Counted from the first letter of the stretch, positions 1 through 8,945 are shown. The stretch: DNA of 54,943 nucleotides from an uncultured Planctomycetia bacterium (GCA_964597545.1 CAZQXN010000012.1:1-54943), one strand, 5' to 3'. Notes: generated by a model from the letters alone, not told the origin. Program-made: numbers and translations.

Positions 1-93
1 CAGCCCTTCAGAGGCTTTTGAGCGAGTAGTGTTGCGTTAGCCGTTTGAATCCGCCAGAAACAGCGTAAAGGATAATAAAACTTACTGATTTTG

Positions 94-122
94 TTGAATT
101 TTCCATTAAAAGCGGGTATACT
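94..122 (+). promoter_or_regulatory. Putative sigma70 promoter of the large GLEE protein gene
   Basis: TTGAAT (94-99), 17-nt spacer, TATACT (117-122), ending 26 nt upstream of the TTG start at 149. Confidence 0.55.
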
Positions 123-148
123 CTAGGCACATCAATCCCAAAAACAGG

Positions 149-3100
149 TTGCTCTCCGTGTATCGATTGTTACTCTTCAGATTTACCTCGCTTTTCCTAA
201 GCATCGCCCTTGCCCTGCCTCATTCCGCCTATGCATTACGGCGCCAGCAATCCCGCCAAGCAGACCACGTGCGCTCCGGCCTCGAGGAATCCCTTCAAGC
301 CGGCCTCGAGGAACGCTCCTCCAGCAAAAGCAAAAGCTCTGAGAGCATGGGTCCGCTGCGGGAAACAGACTGGCTGATCAGCGCCCAAGAGGCTGCGGAG
401 CAAGACGAAGCTGTTGAGGATGCCCTTGCGGTGGCTCTTCGGGAAATTGTTACAATCGCAGACACAGGGGTAATCGCGGTTAAGCCGGTCAGCCTGGACA
501 CGCTCCAGGTGCACCCGGGAAATCAGATCGAATCCCTGACCCTCAAGGAACTTAAGCAGCAGCTCAAATCCGGAAAGGTCCGGAGATTCCCGCGCTGGAA
601 GAAGCGAATCCTCGCAGCAATCCTGGCGATCGAGCACCACACCCAAAATACCAAAACCCTTTTCACCAAAGAGGGTGCGAAGCGGCAGATCGCTGTAGAG
701 CATGGCAGAATCTTCTCCTACGAGAGGAAAGAACCGCCTCCGGAACCTAAAATGGCTTCTCTTGTCGCGACGCTGGACCGACAACGTATACGGGCCCAAC
801 GCGAAGAGGCGCGCAGAAAGCGAGCAGAAGCAGAAGAGGCAGAGCCAGAAGCCCCTGGCTCACCTGAAGCTCAACCCGGGCAACCGGCAACCGCAGAAGA
901 ACCGTCCCGACCCCCTGATGCGGCATCTGCTCCGGGGGGAAAGCTCCAAACGGATGACACTCCGGCAGCAGAGAGTGGTAGCGCACTACACGATACCGAA
1001 CCTGCTCCAACTCAAGATAAAGACTTTCGCCTGAAACCCTCCGAAACAGCAGCGGGCAAGGCAGAGGGGGAGCAGCATGACGCCGGGTCTCAGCATGCTT
1101 TTAGCAGCGAACAGGATCCCGGCCTGAAGAAGTATGCAGCAGCCCTGGCAGATGCGCGCGATCCGGCTGCCCCTCAACCGCCCCACATGCTTGCGGTCTT
1201 GGAGCAAGCAAAGGTTTGGACGATCTTGGAGGAGATCAGAAGAGTCCTCTTGTCCGAGGATAAACCGAATGCCTGGAGGCGGGTTCGGACAGACCTGGAG
1301 AGTGTTCTGGACCGTCTCAACGAGGTCTATTTCAGGCGCTTACAACCCTCCAGAAAAGGCGTTACCATGGCTTCTTTTGGGGCCGACCAACGACTGGTCG
1401 GCAGAGAGGAAAGAGAATTCCCTCAGGATGTCCTTGCCGTCCCGCTGGCACTGCCCCCTGTGTCCCGCGCTGAACCGAAAGCAACAGGTGTGCCAGCAGG
1501 GAAAGCGGCATCTGCTGTCCCGGCACCGCACATGCCTTCGGACTCGCAGGCTCAAGAACCGCCAGACAAAGTAAGCGAAACTCTGCCGCTCAAACCCGAA
1601 GAACCAAAGCGAAAGGAAGAGACAGCGCAAGGGGAAGAGGCGTCTCAACTAAAACCCATAACGGTTCAAGATCTTCCCAGCTATATGTCCGAGATCGCCG
1701 CAACGGTTCAGGTGGCAATCCAGAATGTGGATAACTTCGAGGGATGGAGGGAGGATGTTGGGAAGATGGGGGTTCAAGCAGGAGCCCGGGCCGGGAGATG
1801 GGCAGCGGTTGTTGCTGCATTGGTGTTGGCCGGCGGGATCGCACTGCTTTCCCATGTGTGGAGCGCCTCCTCCGCTCCGGAGCGGGTCCCATCGGAAACT
1901 GAGCTTAAGCAGCTTCAGCAGGAGCCTCCGGCAACCACTCCGCAGGAGCAGGCGCAATCCGGTTTGGAGGAGGGTGGTCATCGGGAAGAGCTCGGCGGCC
2001 TGCCCATTGGGGCCACACCCATTCGGAAAGGGTTCTGGCTCATTTCCAAACCTACCAGGCATGAGCCCAGCCGGTTTTATCAGGTGGACGATATCGACGT
2101 AGATGGAACTTATGAGGCTCGCCTCATCGCTTGGCCGGAGGAAGAAGAGAAGTCGGCGGCACAACCGATCGAGATCCCGCCGGAAGCGTATCGACAATAC
2201 ATGCACTTCACACAGCCGTCTCCAACCAAACGGTCTGCCGGGCTGCCTGTTACAGGTGCAATCCTACCCTCTGGAACCCATTTCTCCTCTAAAAGAAACC
2301 CCCGTCAACTTTATCGACTCAGCGGTGTCAACACAGCGGTAACGTACGTGGCCAAGCCCATCCCTTGGCCGGAGGAAGCATCTAGGCTGACAAGGAGGGA
2401 GGCAGAAAAAGGCAGTGGTAAGGAAATCCGGATCCCCCCAGAAGAGCATGAGAATTTCGTACGCCTTGAAGGCGAAGCCGCCAAAACAGATCCTGGGCTG
2501 CCCCTTGGAGATGTGCCTCTGCTGAAGAGGGCCGAGATAGCCTCCGTGGCAGGCACCCAGCGTCAACTGTATCGAATTACCGATGTCGAAACAGTGGTAA
2601 CGTCGTACGTAGCCACCCCCATCCCTTGGCCGGAGGATGTACCCGGTTATCTGCAACCGGTCAGCCCACGGGAGCGCAAGCAGTATTGGTACCTACCGGA
2701 TTGGGGCGGCGACCTCATCTGGGAGACGGTCCGGCTGGAGCGAAAAATCAAGGCGCTGGGAACCGTTGCGGGAGCCTTTGAGCATTCGCAGCTGCCGACC
2801 CGCCTTGCCCAGATGCGTTATAGCGTCCTCACCAGATACCCTAGGATGAGAAGGATCGATGCCCAATTCGAACAGACCCGAGTAGGACTGCGTGCGTTTC
2901 TGGAGCGGGAAGGCGGGACATTTTCTTTGGCTGACCGAGAGGAGTTGAAACAGCTCATGGCCAACTTCCGCAGGGGAGCAACCCTCTGGATCGAGAAGGC
3001 GCGTCAAGAGCGCCTGGCCTACTGGTCCGGCTTCAGGCGCGGCATTCTCTCCCGTGGAACCCCGATCACCTTGGCTGGAACCGGTGTTCTCATTTTGCTG

Positions 3101-4744
3101 GGGTTGTGGGGCTTTGCCCGGTTTGGCCCATCCATCGCGGCATTTTGGCGCGACATGCAGGATGACGGGCAGAGTAAGGTTGTTTCGGTTGAGACCCCCG
3201 GAGCAGATCTGCCGATAAAGAAGAAGCTCGAGGCTCAGATCACACCAACAGCGCCACCTCAGTTCAACCTGTCCCTGTCAGACGCCGAAAGAACCAGCGG
3301 TCTCTCTGCCGAGCGGTTCAGAGTGAACTTCTATAAGCAGGTGGGCGGTAGCTATGAACTGCTACGATCAGTTGAGATCGACCCCCAGCAAAGCAGGCAG
3401 GTACCCTTTTCGAATTCTGCGGAAAAGAATGAGATAGATCTGGTTACCGTGGATCCGATCCGACCGGATGGTTCGTTCGAACCGCCCCAACCGCCGGATT
3501 CGTTGGATGAAGACCACAGAGATGCAAACGGCAATAAAGCGAGCTTGCGGAGGCCCCGGATTGGGGGTGCTTGGGGCATGATAGACGAGTGGCGCATTCC
3601 GCTCTCCGCAGCGCCTCATTCAGTCAGCGATGACGGCAATCGGATCACGGTGAACCTGCCAAAGGAGTTGTGGGGTTCGCTTCGAGATAAGGCGCTGGTT
3701 CTGTACGTTCAAGACCGGGTCGCGCAGCGTTTCTACCGGTACCGGTACGAACCTTCTCGCGGTGGAAACACAACCCATTGGGGCAAAGTAGGTTCTGAGG
3801 ATCCTGGTTGGGATGGGCACATTGCTTTTGTCAACCCAGGGAATGCGCCTGTCAAGCCAGGTGATGCGTCTGGCCGATGGCAGGCTTACCTGCTGGGTTT
3901 TCCCGGCCATGAAATCGCAGATGCTGCCGGGGAACCTCAAGCGTTGAACAAGTTCAAAAACCTCACCATTGTTATCAGGGTCCTCCTGGATGGGGGCACA
4001 GGCGGGTTGGAGATTTGGCCGCGGTTTCCAGGAACCCGGGCAGAAAGCAAACGGGGAGGCCTTGAAGAGATCTCTGCCCCTGTCTTAGAGCGCCCTGCCG
4101 CACCCATCACCCGCGCTGCGCAGCCCATCATTGGGCCGGGCCAGCACCTCCCTCCTTCTGCCGCCCGAATACATCCGCCGGCACCTCCTGTTGAGCTGAT
4201 GGATCCGGTTACGGCAGCAGACCAAACCTTTGCCCTGATGACCGCCTTTGACGAGTTTAACCGGCAAATGACAACCGCTCGGTTCCATGCCGCACCCGCC
4301 ACACCTTCAGCTACTCTTGATGTTTTTGATCTGGCGGCCAAACCTCATCATGCCCTTGCCCTGCCCTATTTGCCTGACGCAGTGGCCTTGGTTTCCTCCA
4401 GCAAGATCCTAGAGCCGGTGGAGTTGATGACGAATCGAGCGATCCCTGGGCGTAGGATTCTAGCCTTCAGTGTGGAGGGGGGGCTTGAGGAGGTACTTGG
4501 ACAGCTTGCTCAATCCTTCCCTGCTGCAGAGACAATCCGCATTCACTCCACCCGTCCGGATGCAGTGCGCGCTGCGGTCCATCAGGCTACAGCGGGTGGC
4601 GTGATGAGCGGTGTGCGCTTCGACGTAGTGCAGGCCGCAGGACTTCAAGAGCTGCTTCTTAACATAGGCGTGATCGATCAGGGCGCCCTGGATGTGCTGC
4701 TCAATCTGATCGAGCGCGCAGGGAAACTCATCCGATACCTCTAA
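149..4744 (+). CDS. Large (1531 aa) secreted/membrane protein of unknown function with recurring xGLEE motifs, two internal TM helices and three internal ~80-aa repeats
   Basis: Long ORF; signal peptide ending AYA|LR; GLEE at aa 43, 51, 604, 1303, 1444; TM segments WAAVVAALVLAGGIALL and ITLAGTGVLILLGLWGF; promoter upstream and hairpin downstream. Start could be TTG149 or GTG158. Confidence 0.85.
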   Translation: MLSVYRLLLFRFTSLFLSIALALPHSAYALRRQQSRQADHVRSGLEESLQAGLEERSSSKSKSSESMGPLRETDWLISAQEAAEQDEAVEDALAVALREIVTIADTGVIAVKPVSLDTLQVHPGNQIESLTLKELKQQLKSGKVRRFPRWKKRILAAILAIEHHTQNTKTLFTKEGAKRQIAVEHGRIFSYERKEPPPEPKMASLVATLDRQRIRAQREEARRKRAEAEEAEPEAPGSPEAQPGQPATAEEPSRPPDAASAPGGKLQTDDTPAAESGSALHDTEPAPTQDKDFRLKPSETAAGKAEGEQHDAGSQHAFSSEQDPGLKKYAAALADARDPAAPQPPHMLAVLEQAKVWTILEEIRRVLLSEDKPNAWRRVRTDLESVLDRLNEVYFRRLQPSRKGVTMASFGADQRLVGREEREFPQDVLAVPLALPPVSRAEPKATGVPAGKAASAVPAPHMPSDSQAQEPPDKVSETLPLKPEEPKRKEETAQGEEASQLKPITVQDLPSYMSEIAATVQVAIQNVDNFEGWREDVGKMGVQAGARAGRWAAVVAALVLAGGIALLSHVWSASSAPERVPSETELKQLQQEPPATTPQEQAQSGLEEGGHREELGGLPIGATPIRKGFWLISKPTRHEPSRFYQVDDIDVDGTYEARLIAWPEEEEKSAAQPIEIPPEAYRQYMHFTQPSPTKRSAGLPVTGAILPSGTHFSSKRNPRQLYRLSGVNTAVTYVAKPIPWPEEASRLTRREAEKGSGKEIRIPPEEHENFVRLEGEAAKTDPGLPLGDVPLLKRAEIASVAGTQRQLYRITDVETVVTSYVATPIPWPEDVPGYLQPVSPRERKQYWYLPDWGGDLIWETVRLERKIKALGTVAGAFEHSQLPTRLAQMRYSVLTRYPRMRRIDAQFEQTRVGLRAFLEREGGTFSLADREELKQLMANFRRGATLWIEKARQERLAYWSGFRRGILSRGTPITLAGTGVLILLGLWGFARFGPSIAAFWRDMQDDGQSKVVSVETPGADLPIKKKLEAQITPTAPPQFNLSLSDAERTSGLSAERFRVNFYKQVGGSYELLRSVEIDPQQSRQVPFSNSAEKNEIDLVTVDPIRPDGSFEPPQPPDSLDEDHRDANGNKASLRRPRIGGAWGMIDEWRIPLSAAPHSVSDDGNRITVNLPKELWGSLRDKALVLYVQDRVAQRFYRYRYEPSRGGNTTHWGKVGSEDPGWDGHIAFVNPGNAPVKPGDASGRWQAYLLGFPGHEIADAAGEPQALNKFKNLTIVIRVLLDGGTGGLEIWPRFPGTRAESKRGGLEEISAPVLERPAAPITRAAQPIIGPGQHLPPSAARIHPPAPPVELMDPVTAADQTFALMTAFDEFNRQMTTARFHAAPATPSATLDVFDLAAKPHHALALPYLPDAVALVSSSKILEPVELMTNRAIPGRRILAFSVEGGLEEVLGQLAQSFPAAETIRIHSTRPDAVRAAVHQATAGGVMSGVRFDVVQAAGLQELLLNIGVIDQGALDVLLNLIERAGKLIRYL

Positions 4745-4752
4745 ATGCGGGG

Positions 4753-4785
4753 GAGGCCCCACCTGCGCGAAGCAAGTGGGGCCTC
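4753..4785. terminator. Hairpin between convergent genes (possible bidirectional terminator)
   Basis: GAGGCCCCAC...GTGGGGCCTC 10-bp perfect stem just after the 4744 stop; weak U-tract. Confidence 0.55.
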
Positions 4786-4830
4786 TGTTAGCGAGCCGAC
4801 TTCGCCGAGTCAACTCACACGTAAGCTGTA

Positions 4831-5154
4831 TTAATTTGTCTCCCAGGGATCGTCCGGAAACTCCAGAATCTCTTCGTCTCCCGGATAGGTGTCCTCCCAG
4901 GGATCCTCGGGCAGTGGAGCTGGCGTTGGTGCAACTAAAGCGGACGTAAGATACAGCTCCATTGCGGTATCGATCGCAGTTACGAACACCAGCCATTCCT
5001 GGCCGGCATCCGGCTCCCCGGTTACTGCGATTTCAGCCGGAAGAACTGCTGATTCAACCGGCCCCGGGTTGGCAACCGGATCTGCATAAGTGCCCGGGAC
5101 TGCGCCCCACAGGGCGAAGCTCGCCACGAGCACACCGATCATTAAATTTTTCAT
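4831..5154 (-). CDS. Small secreted, highly acidic Pro-rich protein
   Basis: ATG with GGGGAG SD; Sec signal peptide MKNLMIGVLVASFALWGAVPGTYA; mature part has no K/R/H; DPWE occurs twice. Confidence 0.8.
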   Translation of the reverse strand: MKNLMIGVLVASFALWGAVPGTYADPVANPGPVESAVLPAEIAVTGEPDAGQEWLVFVTAIDTAMELYLTSALVAPTPAPLPEDPWEDTYPGDEEILEFPDDPWETN

Positions 5155-5300
5155 TGCATTGCTCCCCTAGTTTGTTTTTGATCAACGGTTAACCCTCCAA
5201 GCGTTGTCCTGCTCTTGACGCGTCTGGATGACGTACAAATAAATCCTCTTTTTAACGCTCAAATAAATAGGCAACACAAAGACCGCCTCAAAAGGCGGCA

Positions 5301-5345
5301 CAAAAGAAAAACGCCCTCGATTCACTCCCAGGTGAATCGAGGGCG
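5301..5345 (-). terminator. Intrinsic terminator in the leader (riboswitch expression platform)
   Basis: 14-bp perfect stem CGCCCTCGATTCAC/GTGAATCGAGGGCG (5312-5345), 6-nt loop, followed on the minus strand by TTTTTCTTTTG. Confidence 0.85.
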
Positions 5346-5371
5346 GCTTATGTGCTGTCCGTTCCAACACT

Positions 5372-5445
5372 TGGCAGCCCGGCTGGCGGTTCTCGCCCCG
5401 TGGCTTTGCGCCCCTCAGTTCCCTAAGGTTTGCCCCTCCGCTTTA
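5372..5445 (-). ncRNA. c-di-GMP-I (GEMM) riboswitch aptamer
   Basis: Minus strand reads GGGGCAAACCTTAG-GGAA-CTGAGG-GGCGCAAAGCCACGGG...GCCAGCCGGGCTGCC: GGCAAACC, GNRA-capped P2, GCAAAGC junction and CAGC..GG.TGCC end; lies upstream of a terminator and a CDS. Confidence 0.85.
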
Positions 5446-5536
5446 TCGGCGGGGGCGCGCTGTGATCCTCACAGCGGCTTTATCAAGTTATATTGTCACT
5501 GGTAATTCTATGGCGTTACTTGTGAATCCTAAAAGA

Positions 5537-5566
5537 AGCTTATCTGACCGCTGGCTCATTTGTCAA
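5537..5566 (-). promoter_or_regulatory. Putative sigma70 promoter for the riboswitch transcript
   Basis: TTGACA (5566-5561), 18-nt spacer, TAAGCT (5542-5537). Confidence 0.5.
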
Positions 5567-5621
5567 GGGTGGACAAAAATATTTTTGACATAGGGTATAA
5601 TGAGCCTGGGAGCTCTAACCC

Positions 5622-6041
5622 GTGAAAACGCAGGATGTTGCAAAATCACCCACGGAGCACAGACGCCTGGCCAAGGGGTGCCTGGTAGGCTATGTGGTCC
5701 TACTGCTGGCTACCCTGCCCATTGCCCTGCCCCTTTGGAACAACTGGCTCAAGGAGCGGATCGGCCCTGCGGTTTCGATCGAGCAGATCCATCTGATCCA
5801 ATATTGCCTGCTGGGGGGGCTCATCTGTTTCTATGCTGTAACCGGACCGAATCCCCGCAAGACCCTCACCCGCTTATTGGGAGTCGCGGCGGGGGTGGGT
5901 CTGGCAGATGAGTGCATTCAGGGGCTCTTGCCCGGGCGTTTCTTTCAGTGGATGGATGTCGCCTTAAACTGGGGTGGGATTTTAATCTCTGCGGGACCGG
6001 TGTGGATCTATTTAAAGCGCTTCCGCCCGCCGGCGAATTGA
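5622..6041 (+). CDS. VanZ-like membrane protein
   Basis: Hydrophobic helices; H..QY..L and DE..Q...PGR....D...N motifs typical of the VanZ family. Confidence 0.75.
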   Translation: MKTQDVAKSPTEHRRLAKGCLVGYVVLLLATLPIALPLWNNWLKERIGPAVSIEQIHLIQYCLLGGLICFYAVTGPNPRKTLTRLLGVAAGVGLADECIQGLLPGRFFQWMDVALNWGGILISAGPVWIYLKRFRPPAN

Positions 6042-6620
6042 CAGGACTCTCTGGCCGGCCTCTTCTACGGTAGCACCGGTTGCCACAAACCCATGGCCCT
6101 TCATCAGAAAGTACGGCTGCTCAGCCAACGGCTCAATAAGCTTAAGCAGCTCCGCGCAGCCCGGAGAAACCTCCCGCTCGGTCTGGGGAAGCTTCAGCCG
6201 CTCTGCGGCCTCAAGAACCTTGGGATCGTGGGCGTGAAGGACAGACTGAATTTCGGGCTTTAACTGATAGAGCGTCCAGTGGACCAAGCTGTCGGTAGAG
6301 GGTTCCCTGGCACCCCGGTATTGCACTGTTGGCGGCTGGGTGTTCAGATCGCACTCAACAATCTCTACAAAGAGATCTTCTTCCAGGGCGCCCAAAGGAG
6401 CCTGGGTCGCTGAGATGAGGCACCCCTGCTCTGTCCGGACCGAAAGATTCCCCGGAAAACCTTCTTTGCAGGGAGGCGTCCACCCCTTCTCATGAAAGAG
6501 CCGGCCCCAGCGGATCAGTTCAGGTAAAGCCGGATGCTGGGTGGGGGCTTCGCCGGTCGCCTGAGGCTTAAAGGGGAGGGGGCTTGCCTGCATGGAAAAG
6601 GGGTTAAGCAGAGGGGACAT
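6012..6620 (-). CDS. Class II aldolase/adducin family protein (MtnB- or Ald2-like)
   Basis: GNLSVR, PSTD, HAH and GHG metal-binding motifs; overlaps the end of mtnA. Confidence 0.8.
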   Translation of the reverse strand: MSPLLNPFSMQASPLPFKPQATGEAPTQHPALPELIRWGRLFHEKGWTPPCKEGFPGNLSVRTEQGCLISATQAPLGALEEDLFVEIVECDLNTQPPTVQYRGAREPSTDSLVHWTLYQLKPEIQSVLHAHDPKVLEAAERLKLPQTEREVSPGCAELLKLIEPLAEQPYFLMKGHGFVATGATVEEAGQRVLSIRRRAEAL

Positions 6621-7713
6621 GTCGATTCCCCCTCGCCTCCTTTGCTTTGGACAAGAAAGTGGTAATCGTCTTAGGGGTAGGTTCGATCACCCCGTGTTCA
6701 GTGAGGAAAGCGGTAATCTGATCTGCCGGGGTGACGTCAAAGGCAGGGTTGCTCACCTGAACACCCGGCGCAGCCACCCGAACCGAGGCCGCCTCTCCGC
6801 TCGAGAGCACCCCTTGGGCATACAAAACCTCTTGAGGCTCTCGCTCTTCAATCGGAATTTCCTGACCCGAGGGGCACTCTGCATCAAAGGTGGGTGAAGG
6901 GGCCGCCACATAGAAACCAACCCCGTGGTGCTTGGCCAGAACGCTTAAGGTGTAGGTGCCAATCTTGTTGGCAGTATCCCCGTTGGCGGCAATCCGATCG
7001 GCCCCGACGATCACCATGCCAATTTTATCTTGAGCGAAGAGGCTGCCGGCAGCGGTATCGGCGACGAGCTTGTGGGGCACGCCAGCCTGGGAAAGCTCCC
7101 ATGCGGTCAGCTTTGCCCCCTGGCCTCTGGGCCGGGTCTCTGTGGCATAGACAAAGACCGGCTGCCCCCCTCGGTGAGCCCAGTAGATGGGTGCCAAGGC
7201 AGTCCCCCAGCCTGCATACGCCAGCCAACCAGCATTGCAGTGGGTAAGAATCGCCTTTTCCTTAGGGATGAGATTCGCGCCAACCCGGGCGATCACCTCG
7301 GTCATCCCCACATCATCATCGTGGATCGCCTGGGCCTCGATGACGGCCTTGCGCCGAACCACTTCGGGGTCGCGCGTGCCTTGGATGGCTCCCAGAACCC
7401 GATCGACAGCATAGAAGAGGTTCTTGGCGGTCGGACGAGCTTCTCGAATGCGATCGGCAGCCTGCGCGATCTCCTCCCAAAAGTTTTGGTTCGGGGCGGT
7501 AAGCACCGCCTGGGCCATGGCAAAGCCGGCGGCCACCCCAATGGTCCCGGCACCCCGCACTGCCATGTCGCGGATCGCCTCAACAGTCTCAGGATAAGTA
7601 GCAAGCCTTAAGACCTCTGAGCGATGGGGCAGCTGCCGCTGGTCGATGAGGCAGATGACCTCCTCTTCCATCCAAACTGCCAGGCGTTCTTCTTGTTGAG
7701 GTAAATTTCCCAT
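6604..7713 (-). CDS. mtnA: S-methyl-5-thioribose-1-phosphate isomerase
   Basis: DQRQLP, VRGAG, RPTA, THCNAG, ETRP, GADRIAANGDTANKIGTY and NPAFDVTP motifs. Confidence 0.95.
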   Translation of the reverse strand: MGNLPQQEERLAVWMEEEVICLIDQRQLPHRSEVLRLATYPETVEAIRDMAVRGAGTIGVAAGFAMAQAVLTAPNQNFWEEIAQAADRIREARPTAKNLFYAVDRVLGAIQGTRDPEVVRRKAVIEAQAIHDDDVGMTEVIARVGANLIPKEKAILTHCNAGWLAYAGWGTALAPIYWAHRGGQPVFVYATETRPRGQGAKLTAWELSQAGVPHKLVADTAAGSLFAQDKIGMVIVGADRIAANGDTANKIGTYTLSVLAKHHGVGFYVAAPSPTFDAECPSGQEIPIEEREPQEVLYAQGVLSSGEAASVRVAAPGVQVSNPAFDVTPADQITAFLTEHGVIEPTPKTITTFLSKAKEARGNRHVPSA

Positions 7714-7789
7714 GAGATTGCGGGGTTTAACCCGAAGCTATTCTACCGGAAAAAAGCCTCCAGTCCCCAAGAAACAGCGGGATAATCAT

Positions 7790-7818
7790 GTAAACCTTTT
7801 CCAGCTCCCAACCGTCTA
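7790..7818 (+). promoter_or_regulatory. ECF sigma-type promoter (likely autoregulatory)
   Basis: GTAAAC-N17-CGTCTA fits the AAC...CGTC pattern of SigW/SigM-like ECF promoters; sits upstream of an operon encoding an ECF sigma. Confidence 0.65.
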
Positions 7819-7844
7819 ATCAGTAGCAAAGGGAGGACAATGCC

Positions 7845-8912
7845 ATGAAAAGCGTAATTGCACTTTTTATCGCAGCGGGGATCGCCGCCTGCTCGGGTGT
7901 AGCGCAGGCTCAAGAATCAGAGCCGGTTGGTCAAGATCTAGCGAGGGCATCGGAGGCAGCGCCTGCCGGTCCGGCCGCCAAGAAGCGGGCCCACGAGATC
8001 CAGAAACTCAAGCAGCTCAAGAAGGAAAACCCCCAGAAATATCAGGAGCTTGTCCAGAAGAAGCAGGCGAATGTCAGGCGGCGGCTTAATCATCTCAAGG
8101 AAACAGACCCTCAAGCATACCAGCGCCTTCAGTCCAAAATCCATGATCGCCGGCAGCGCCACATGGAAAAGCTCAAGGCGCAGCATCCCGAGGCGTACGA
8201 GCAAGCAAAGACCAAGCGGCAGGAGCGACTGCAGAATCGTCTGGAGAGGCTGCGCCAGGAAGATCCGCAGCGTTACCAGCAGCTGAATCAACAGCGCCTG
8301 CGCCACCGCGTGCAAAGACTCAAAAACCTCCGGGAGAAGAACCCCGAGGCCTATGAGCGCTTTATGGAGAACCATCCCCGCTGGGCTGAGCGGATTCAAG
8401 AGCGTCAAGAGCGAGCGGTAGAGCGGCGAGAACAAAGGCAGGAGCGACGGCAGGAACACCAGGAGCAACGCAGGCAGCGGCGTGAAGAGCGGCGCGAGGA
8501 GTTTGGGGATCAGCGTCCACTTGATCGAGATGTCAATCCTCCGGGGCGCCGGGGTGGACCTGGAACAGACTGGGAGAACCCTCCGGGACCTCAGGGGGGA
8601 GCCGGGGCCGGGCCGGATCAAAGGCGGCGCATGCGCGGCCCCCGCGAGGATGGGCCGGGCCGGAAGATTGGCCCTCCGGGTAAAGGGCGACATGGGCCGG
8701 GCCGGAAGGTTGGCCCTCCGGGTGAAGGGCGACATGGGCCGGGCCGGAAGGTTGGCCCTCCGGGTAAAGGGAAAGAGGGACCCGGCGTTCGGGGCCCTAA
8801 GCGCGGTGGCGGCAAGGGTCACGGCGGCAAGATGCAGCGCGGTGGCGGCAAGGGTTCAGGTGCTCGTCCCCATCGAGGTAGCGGCGGCCGCGGTGGAGGC
8901 GGCCAGCGGTAG
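7845..8912 (+). CDS. Secreted basic low-complexity protein: five helical xxxPxxY repeats, a charged coil and a Gly/Pro/Arg-rich tail
   Basis: GGAGG SD; signal peptide; KKENPQKYQ, KETDPQAYQ, KAQHPEAYE, RQEDPQRYQ, REKNPEAYE repeats. Confidence 0.8.
   Translation: MKSVIALFIAAGIAACSGVAQAQESEPVGQDLARASEAAPAGPAAKKRAHEIQKLKQLKKENPQKYQELVQKKQANVRRRLNHLKETDPQAYQRLQSKIHDRRQRHMEKLKAQHPEAYEQAKTKRQERLQNRLERLRQEDPQRYQQLNQQRLRHRVQRLKNLREKNPEAYERFMENHPRWAERIQERQERAVERREQRQERRQEHQEQRRQRREERREEFGDQRPLDRDVNPPGRRGGPGTDWENPPGPQGGAGAGPDQRRRMRGPREDGPGRKIGPPGKGRHGPGRKVGPPGEGRHGPGRKVGPPGKGKEGPGVRGPKRGGGKGHGGKMQRGGGKGSGARPHRGSGGRGGGGQR
8650..8771 (+). repeat. 42-bp intragenic tandem repeat, about 3 copies (GPGRK[I/V]GPPG[K/E]GRH)
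   Basis: Units start at 8650, 8692 and 8734 with 1-2 mismatches. Confidence 0.95.
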
Positions 8913-8945
8913 CCGCCAGGGGCTCTGCCCGGTATACTGTTTGCG

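Noticed and set aside
276-313. GLEE motif as a DNA recombination site (CCGGCCTCGAGGAA x2)
   Set aside because: Only the first two copies match at DNA level; the others use different codons, pointing to a protein-level motif
5461-5473. CRP site TGTGA...TCACA
   Set aside because: Spacer is 3 nt rather than 6; better explained as an RNA hairpin in the riboswitch leader
5585-5601. Perfect TTGACA and TATAAT as one promoter
   Set aside because: Only 5 nt apart; the TATAAT may serve the vanZ-like gene, but the pair cannot be one sigma70 promoter
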